A DNA stretch of 64,000 nt from contig OZ059894.1 in the NCBI GenBank assembly GCA_964057225.1, forward strand, positions 23,188,001-23,252,000, read 5' to 3'. Origin of the DNA: Auanema rhodensis (lineage: Eukaryota > Animalia > Nematoda). The position numbers and the translations under genes were made by a program. Numbering within the stretch: the stretch's first letter is position 1; each line of letters begins with the position of its first letter. Positions 55,954 to 64,000 of the stretch are shown in pieces. The notes under the pieces were generated by a model. That model saw nothing but the letters and a program-made list of their open reading frames with translations. It was not told the origin of the DNA and ran no database searches.

Positions 55954-57699
55954 ATTTTTATTGATATTGGTTCATGGTAACCATGACTTTGAAATTTACG
56001 TGAACTTTAATTTATGCTAATTAAATGTACACGTGATGTGCACTTGGTATGTAACTCGCTTCACGTGAAAGATAAGGAGATGCGGTTTTCAAAATTAGAT
56101 TCCCCATGTCCATATTAGTCTAAAAACAGATTTTTATTGATATTGGTTTATGGTAACCATGTCTTTGAAATTTACGTTAACTTTAATTTATGCTAATTAA
56201 ATGTACACGTGATGTGCACTTGGTATGTAACTCGCTTCACGTGAAAGATAAAATGATGCGGTTTTCAAAATTAGATTCTTCATGTCCATATTAGTCTAAA
56301 AACAAATTTTTATTGATATTGGTTCATGGTAACCATGACTTTGAAATTTAAGTGAACTTTAATTTATGCTAATTAAATGTACACGTGATGTGCACTTGGT
56401 ATGTAACTCGCTTCACGTGAAAGATAAAGAGATGCGGTTTTCAAAATTAGATTCCCCATGTCCATATTAGTCTAAAAACAAATTTTTATTGATATTGGTT
56501 CATGGTAACCATGACTTTGAAACTTACGTGAACTCTAATTTATGCTAATTAAATGTACACGTGATGTGCACTTGGTATGTAACTCGCTTCACGTGAAAAA
56601 TAAAGAGATGCGGTTTTCAAAATTAGATTCCCCATGTCCATATTAGTCTAAAAACAAATTTTTATTGATATTGGTTCATTGTAACCATGTCTTTGAAATT
56701 TACGTGAACTTTAATTTATGCTAATTAAATGTACACGTGATGTGCACTTGGTATGTAACTCGCTTCACGTGAAAGATAAAGAGATGCGGTTTTCAAAATT
56801 AGATTCCCCATGTCCATATTAGTCTAAAAACAAATTTTTATTGATATTGGTGCATGGTAACCATGACTTTGAAATTTACGTGAACTTTAATTTATGCTAA
56901 TTAAATGTACACGTGATGTGCACTTGGTATGTAACTCGCTTCACGTGAAAGATAAAAAGATGCGGTTTTCAAAATTAGATTTCCCATGTCCATATTAGTC
57001 TAAAAACATATTTTTATTGATATTGGTTCATGGTAACCATGACTTTGAAATTTACGTGAACTTTAATTTATGCTAATTAAATGTACACGTGATGTGCACT
57101 TGGTATGTAACTCGCTTCACGTGAAAGATAAAGAGATGCGGTTTTCAAAATTAGATTTCCCATGTCCATATTAGTCTAAAAACAAATTTTTATTGATATT
57201 GGTTCATGGTAACCATGACTTTGAAATTTACCTGAACTTTAATTTATGCTAATTAAATGTACACGTGATGTGCACTTGGTATGTAACTCGCTTCACGTGA
57301 AAGATAAAGAGATGCGGTTTTCAAAATTAGATTCCCCATGTCCATATTAGTCTAAAAACAAATTTTTATTGATATTGGTTCATGGTAACCATGACTTTGA
57401 AATTTAAGTGAACTTTAATTTATGCTAATTAAATGTACACGTGATGTGCACTTGGTATGTAACTCGCTTCACGTGAAAGATAAAGAGATGCGGTTTTCAA
57501 AATTAGATTCCCCATTTCCATATTAGTCTAAAAACAAATTTTTGATGATATTGGTTCATGGTAACCATGACTTTCAAATTTACGTGAACTTTAATTTATG
57601 CTAATTAAATGTACACGTGATGTGCACTTGGTATGTAACTCGCTTCACGTGAAAGATAAAATGATGCGGTTTTCAAAATTAGATTCCCCATGTCCATAT

Positions 57700-60600
57700 T
57701 AGTCTAAAAACAAATTTTTATTGATATTGGTTCATGGTAACCATGTCTGTGAAATTTACGTGAACTTTAATTTATGCTAATTAAATGTACACGTGATGTG
57801 CACTTGGTATGTAACTCGCTTCACGTGAAAGATAAAAAGATACGGTTTTCAAAATTAGATTCCACATGTCCATATTAGTCTAAAAACAAATTTTTATTGA
57901 TATTGGTTCATGGTAACCATGACTTTGAAATTTAAGTGAACTTTAATTTATGCTAATTAAATGTACACGTGATGTGCACTTGGTATGTAACTCGCTTCAC
58001 GTGAAAGATAAAGAGATGCGGTTTTCAAAATTAGATTCCCCATGTCCATATTAGTCTAAAAACAAATTTTTATTGATATTGGTTCATGGTAACCATGACT
58101 TTGAAACTTACGTGAACTTTAATTTATGCTAATTAAATGTACACGTGATGTGCACTTGGTATGTAACTCGCTTCACTTGAAAGATAAAGAGATGCGGTTT
58201 TCAAAATTAGATTCCCCATGTCCATATTAGTCTACAAACAAATTTTTATTGATATTGGTGCATGGTAACCATGACCTTGAAATTTACGTGAACTTTAATT
58301 TATGCTAATTAAATGTAAACGTGATGTGCACTTGGTATGTAACTCGCTTCACGTGAAAGATAAAAAGATACGGTTTTCAAAATTAGATTCCACATGTCCA
58401 TATTAGTCTAAAAACAAATTTTTATTGATATTGGTTCATGGTAACCATGACTTTGAAATTTAAGTGAACTTTAATTTATGCTAATTAAATGTACACGTGA
58501 TGTGCACTTGGTATGTAACTCGCTTCACGTGAAAGATAAAGAGATGCGGTTTTCAAAATTAGATTCCCCATGTCCATATTAGTCTAAAAACAAATTTTTA
58601 TTGATATTGGTTTATGGTAACCATGACTTTGAAACTTACGTGAACTTTAATTTATGCTAATTAAATGTACACGTGATGTGCACTTGGTATGTAACTCGCT
58701 TCACTTGAAAGATAAAGAGATGCGGTTTTCAAAATTAGATTTCCCATGTCCATATTAGTCTAAAAACAAATTTTTATTGATATTGGTGCATGGTAACCAT
58801 GACTTTGAAATTTACGTGAACTTTAATTTATGCTAATTAAATGTACACGTGATGTGCACTTGGTATGTAACTCGCTTCACGTGAAAGATAAAGAGATGCG
58901 GTTTTCAAAATTAGATTCCCCATGTCCATATTAGTCTAAAAACAAATTTTTATTGATATTGGTTCATGGTAACCATGACTTTGAAACTTACGTGATCTTT
59001 AATTTATGCTAATTAAATGAACACGTGATGTGCACTTGGTATGTAACTCGCTTCACGTGAAAGATAAAGAGATGCGGTTTCCAAAATTAGATTCCCCATG
59101 TCCATATTAGTCTAAAAACAAATTTTTATTGATATTGGTTCATGGTAACCATGACTTTGAAATTTAAGTGAACTTTAATTTATGCTAATTAAATGTACAC
59201 GTGATGTGCACTTGGTATGTAACTCGCTTCACGTGAAAGATAAAGAGATGCGGTTTTCAAAATTAGATTCCCCATGTCCATATTAGTCTAAAAACAAATT
59301 TTTATTGATATTGGTTCATGGTAACCATGACTTTGAAACTTACGTGAACTTTAATTTATGCTAATTAAATGTACACGTGATGTGCACTTGGTATGTAACT
59401 CGCTTCACTTGAAAGATAAAGAGATGCGGTTTTCAAAATTAGATTCCCCATGTCCATATTAGTCTAAAAACAAATTTTTATTGATATTGGTGCATGGTAA
59501 CCATGACTTTGAAATTTACGTGAACTTTAATTTATGCTAATTAAATGTACACGTGATGTGCACTTGGTATGTAACTCGCTTCACGTGAAAGATAAAGAGA
59601 TGCGGTTTCCAAAATTAGATTCCCCATGTCCATATTATTCTAAAAACAGATTTTTTTGATATTGGTTCATGGTAACCATGACTTTGAAATTTACGTGAAC
59701 TTTAATTTATGCTAATTAAATGTACACGTGATGTGCACTTGGTATGTAACTCGCTTCACGTGAAAGATAAAGAGATGCGGTTTTCAAAATTAGATTCCCC
59801 ATGTCCATATTAGTCTAAAAACAGATTTTTATTGATATTGGTTTATGGTAACCATGTCTTTGAAATTTACGTGAACTTTAATTTATGCTAATTAAATGTA
59901 CACGTGATGTGCACTTGGTATGTAACTCGCTTCACGTGAAAGATAAAATGATGCGGTTTTCAAAATTAGATTCTTCATGTCCATATTAGTCTAAAAACAT
60001 ATTTTTATTGATATTGGTTCATGGTAACCATGACTTTGAAATTTACGTGAACTTTAATTTATGCTAATTAAATGTACACGTGATGTGCACTTGGTATGTA
60101 ACTCGCTTCACGTGAAAGATAAAGAGATGCGGTTTTCAAAATTAGATTCCCCATGTCCATATTAGTCTAAAAACAAATTTTTATTGATATTGGTTCATGG
60201 TAACCATGACTTTGAAATTTACGTGAACTTTAACTTATGCTAATTAAATGTACACGTGATGTGCACTTGGTATGTAACTCGCTTCACGTGAAAGATAAGG
60301 AGATGCGGTTTTCAAAATTAGATTCCCCATGTCCATATTAGTCTAAAAACAGATTTTTATTGATATTGGTTTATGGTAACCATGTCTTTGAAATTTACGT
60401 TAACTTTAATTTATGCTAATTAAATGTACACGTGATGTGCACTTGGTATGTAACTCGCTTCACGTGAAAGATAAAATGATGCGGTTTTCAAAATTAGATT
60501 CTTCATGTCCATATTAGTCTAAAAACAAATTTTTATTGATATTGGTTCATGGTAACCATGACTTTGAAATTTACGTGAACTTTAATTTATGCTAATTAAA

Positions 60601-63600
60601 TGTACACGTGATGTGCACTTGGTATGTAACTCGCTTCACGTGAAAGATAAGGAGATGCGGTTTTCAAAATTAGATTCCCCATGTCCATATTAGTCTAAAA
60701 ACAGATTTTTATTGATATTGGTTTATGGTAACCATGTCTTTGAAATTTACGTTAACTTTAATTTATGCTAATTAAATGTACACGTGATGTGCACTTGGTA
60801 TGTAACTCGCTTCACGTGAAAGATAAAATGATGCGGTTTTCAAAATTAGATTCTTCATGTCCATATTAGTCTAAAAACAAATTTTTATCGATATTGGTTC
60901 ATGGTAACCATGACTTTGAAATTTAAGTGAACTTTAATTTATGCTAATTAAATGTACACGTGATGTGCACTTGGTATGTAACTCGCTTCACGTGAAAGAT
61001 AAAGAGATGCGGTTTTCAAAATTAGATTCCCCATGTCCATATTAGTCTAAAAACAAATTTTTATTGATATTGGTTCATGGTAACCATGACTTTGAAACTT
61101 ACGTGAACTCTAATTTATGCTAATTAAATGTACACGTGATGTGCACTTGGTATGTAACTCGCTTCACGTGAAAAATAAAGAGATGCGGTTTTCAAAATTA
61201 GATTCCCCATGTCCATATTAGTCTAAAAACAAATTTTTATTGATATTGGTTCATTGTAACCATGTCTTTGAAATTTACGTGAACTTTAATTTATGCTAAT
61301 TAAATGTACACGTGATGTGCACTTGGTATGTAACTCGCTTCACGTGAAAGATAAAGAGATGCGGTTTTCAAAATTAGATTCCCCATGTCCATATTAATCT
61401 AAAAACAAATTTTTATTGATATTGGTGCATGGTAACCATGACTTTGAAATTTACGTGAACTTTAATTTATGCTAATTAAATGTACACGTGATGTGCACTT
61501 GGTATGTAACTCGCTTCACGTGAAAGATAAAAAGATGCGGTTTTCAAAATTAGATTTCCCATGTCCATATTAGTCTAAAAACATATTTTTATTGATATTG
61601 GTTCATGGTAACCATGACTTTGAAATTTACGTGAACTTTAATTTATGCTAATTAAATGTACACGTGATGTGCACTTGGTATGTAACTCGCTTCACGTGAA
61701 AGATAAAGAGATGCGGTTTTCAAAATTAGATTTCCCATGTCCATATTAGTCTAAAAACAAATTTTTATTGATATTGGTTCATGGTAACCATGACTTTGAA
61801 ATTTACCTGAACTTTAATTTATGCTAATTAAATGTACACGTGATGTGCACTTGGTATGTAACTCGCTTCACGTGAAAGATAAAGAGATGCGGTTTTCAAA
61901 ATTAGATTTCCCATGTCCATATTAGTCTAAAAACAAATTTTTATTGATATTGGTTCATGGTAACCATGACTTTGAAATTTAAGTGAACTTTAATTTATGC
62001 TAATTAAATGTACACGTGATGTGCACTTGGTATGTAACTCGCTTCACGTGAAAGATAAAGAGATGCGGTTTTCAAAATTAGATTTCCCATGTTCATATTA
62101 GTCTAAAAACAAATTTTTATTGATATTGGTTCATGGTAACCATGACTTTGAAATTTACGTGAACTTTAATTTATGCTAATTAAATGTACACGTGATGTGC
62201 ACTTGGTATGTAACTCGCTTCACGTGAAAGATAAAAAGATGCGGTTTTCAAAATTAGATTTCCCATGTCCATATTAGTCTAAAAACATATTTTTATTGAT
62301 ATTGGTTCATGGTAACCATGACTTTGAAATTTACGTGAACTTTAATTTATGCTAATTAAATGTACACGTGATGTGCACTTGGTATGTAACTCGCTTCACG
62401 TGAAAGATAAAGAGATGCGGTTTTCAAAATTAGATTTCCCATGTCCATATTAGTCTAAAAACAAATTTTTATTGATATTGGTTCATGGTAACCATGACTT
62501 TGAAATTTACCTGAACTTTAATTTATGCTAATTAAATGTACACGTGATGTGCACTTGGTATGTAACTCGCTTCACGTGAAAGATAAAGAGATGCGGTTTT
62601 CAAAATTAGATTCCCCATGTCCATATTAGTCTAAAAACAAATTTTTATTGATATTGGTTCATGGTAACCATGACTTTGAAATTTAAGTGAACTTTAATTT
62701 ATGCTAATTAAATGTACACGTGATGTGCACTTGGTATGTAACTCGCTTCACGTGAAAGATAAAGAGATGCGGTTTTCAAAATTAGATTTCCCATGTTCAT
62801 ATTAGTCTAAAAACAAATTTTTATTGATATTGGTTCATGGTAACCATGACTTTGAAATTTACGTGAACTTTAATTTATGCTAATTAAATGTACACGTGAT
62901 GTGCACTTGGTATGTAACTCGCTTCACGTGAAAGGTAAAGAGATGCGGTTTTCAAAATTAGATTCCCCATGTCCATATTAGTCTAAAAACAAATTTTTAT
63001 TGATATTGGTTCATGGTAACCATGTCTGTGAAATTTACGTGAACTTTAATTTATGCTAATTAAATGTACACGTGATGTGCACTTGGTATGTAACTCGCTT
63101 CACGTGAAAGATAAAAAGATACGGTTTTCAAAATTAGATTCCACATGTCCATATTAGTCTAAAAACAAATTTTTATTGATATTGGTTCATGGTAACCATG
63201 ACTTTGAAATTTAAGTGAACTTTAATTTATGCTAATTAAATGTACACGTGATGTGCACTTGGTATGTAACTCGCTTCACGTGAAAGATAAAGAGATGCGG
63301 TTTTCAAAATTAGATTCCCCATGTCCATATTAGTCTAAAAACAAATTTTTATTGATATTGGTTCATGGTAACCATGACTTTGAAACTTACGTGAACTTTA
63401 ATTTATGCTAATTAAATGTACACGTGATGTGCACTTGGTATGTAACTCGCTTCACTTGAAAGATAAAGAGATGCGGTTTTCAAAATTAGATTCCCCATGT
63501 CCATATTAGTCTAAAAACAAATTTTTATTGATATTGGTGCATGGTAACCATGACTTTGAAATTTACGTGAACTTTAATTTATGCTAATTAAATGTAAACG

Positions 63601-64000
63601 TGATGTGCACTTGGTATGTAACTCGCTTCACGTGAAAGATAAAAAGATACGGTTTTCAAAATTAGATTCTACATGTCCATATTAGTCTAAAAACAAATTT
63701 TTATTGATATTGGTTCATGGTAACCATGACTTTGAAATTTAAGTGAACTTTAATTTATGCTAATTAAATGTACACGTGATGTGCACTTGGTATGTAACTC
63801 GCTTCACGTGAAAGATAAAGAGATGCGGTTTTCAAAATTAGATTCCCCATGTCCATATTAGTCTAAAAACAAATTTTTATTGATATTGGTTCATGGTAAC
63901 CATGACTTTGAAACTTACGTGAACTTTAATTTATGCTAATTAAATGTACACGTGATGTGCACTTGGTATGTAACTCGCTTCACTTGAAAGATAAAGAGAT
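57700..64000 (+). repeat. 3-mer (528 bp) higher-order units recurring 30 monomers (5279 bp) apart
   Basis: The AAAAAGATAC marker is at 57842, 58370, 63121 and 63649. GTCTGTG is at about 57749 and 63028 (5279 = 30 x 176 - 1). Confidence 0.8.

Larger units (their letters stand above)
1..64000 (+). repeat. 176-bp tandem satellite array (about 364 monomers, about 32% GC, single orientation); candidate centromeric or pericentromeric satellite
   Basis: CCATATTAGT starts at 1, 177, 353 and so on (period 176). Net indels are -36 bp (2 x +11, 7 x -1, 1 x -51), so 64036 = 363 x 176 + 148, and the window does end at monomer position 148 (...AAAGAGAT). The consensus has 56/176 G+C. The centromeric role is inferred from nucleosome-scale monomer length, homogeneity and higher-order structure. 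Confidence 0.98.

Noticed and set aside
1-64000. CRISPR array or repeat-spacer system
   Set aside because: The whole 176 bp is repeated, with no unique spacers, leader or cas genes.

Overview
The whole 64-kb window is one uninterrupted head-to-tail array of an AT-rich (about 32% GC) 176-bp satellite monomer. All copies are on the same strand, and most differ from the consensus at only 0-5 positions. The consensus in window phase is CCATATTAGTCTAAAAACAAATTTTTATTGATATTGGTTCATGGTAACCATGACTTTGAAATTTACGTGAACTTTAATTTATGCTAATTAAATGTACACGTGATGTGCACTTGGTATGTAACTCGCTTCACGTGAAAGATAAAGAGATGCGGTTTTCAAAATTAGATTCCCCATGT. There are 363 monomers plus 148 bp. The indels I found (+22, -7, -51 bp) account exactly for the phase at which the window ends. 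Monomer length, homogeneity and nested higher-order repeats (2-, 3-, 4-, 5-, 8-, 14-, 18-, 20/21-, 30- and 41-45-mers) fit a young, actively homogenising eukaryotic centromeric or pericentromeric satellite. I do not recognise the family or organism. I see no credible gene, transposon, RNA gene or CRISPR array, and the four 60-aa ORFs come from a single TAG>CAG variant. Three features stand out. First, the monomer is rich in dyads and carries three helically phased ACGTGA cores, including a perfect CDEI-type RTCACRTG. Second, two independent lesions (a 64-bp non-consensus patch present in two copies, and a T-run junction) replace the same sub-interval, starting at the TTCACGTGAA palindrome. Third, variant domains recur in the order A-B-C-D-A-B-C. 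I found no support for a novel coding system.
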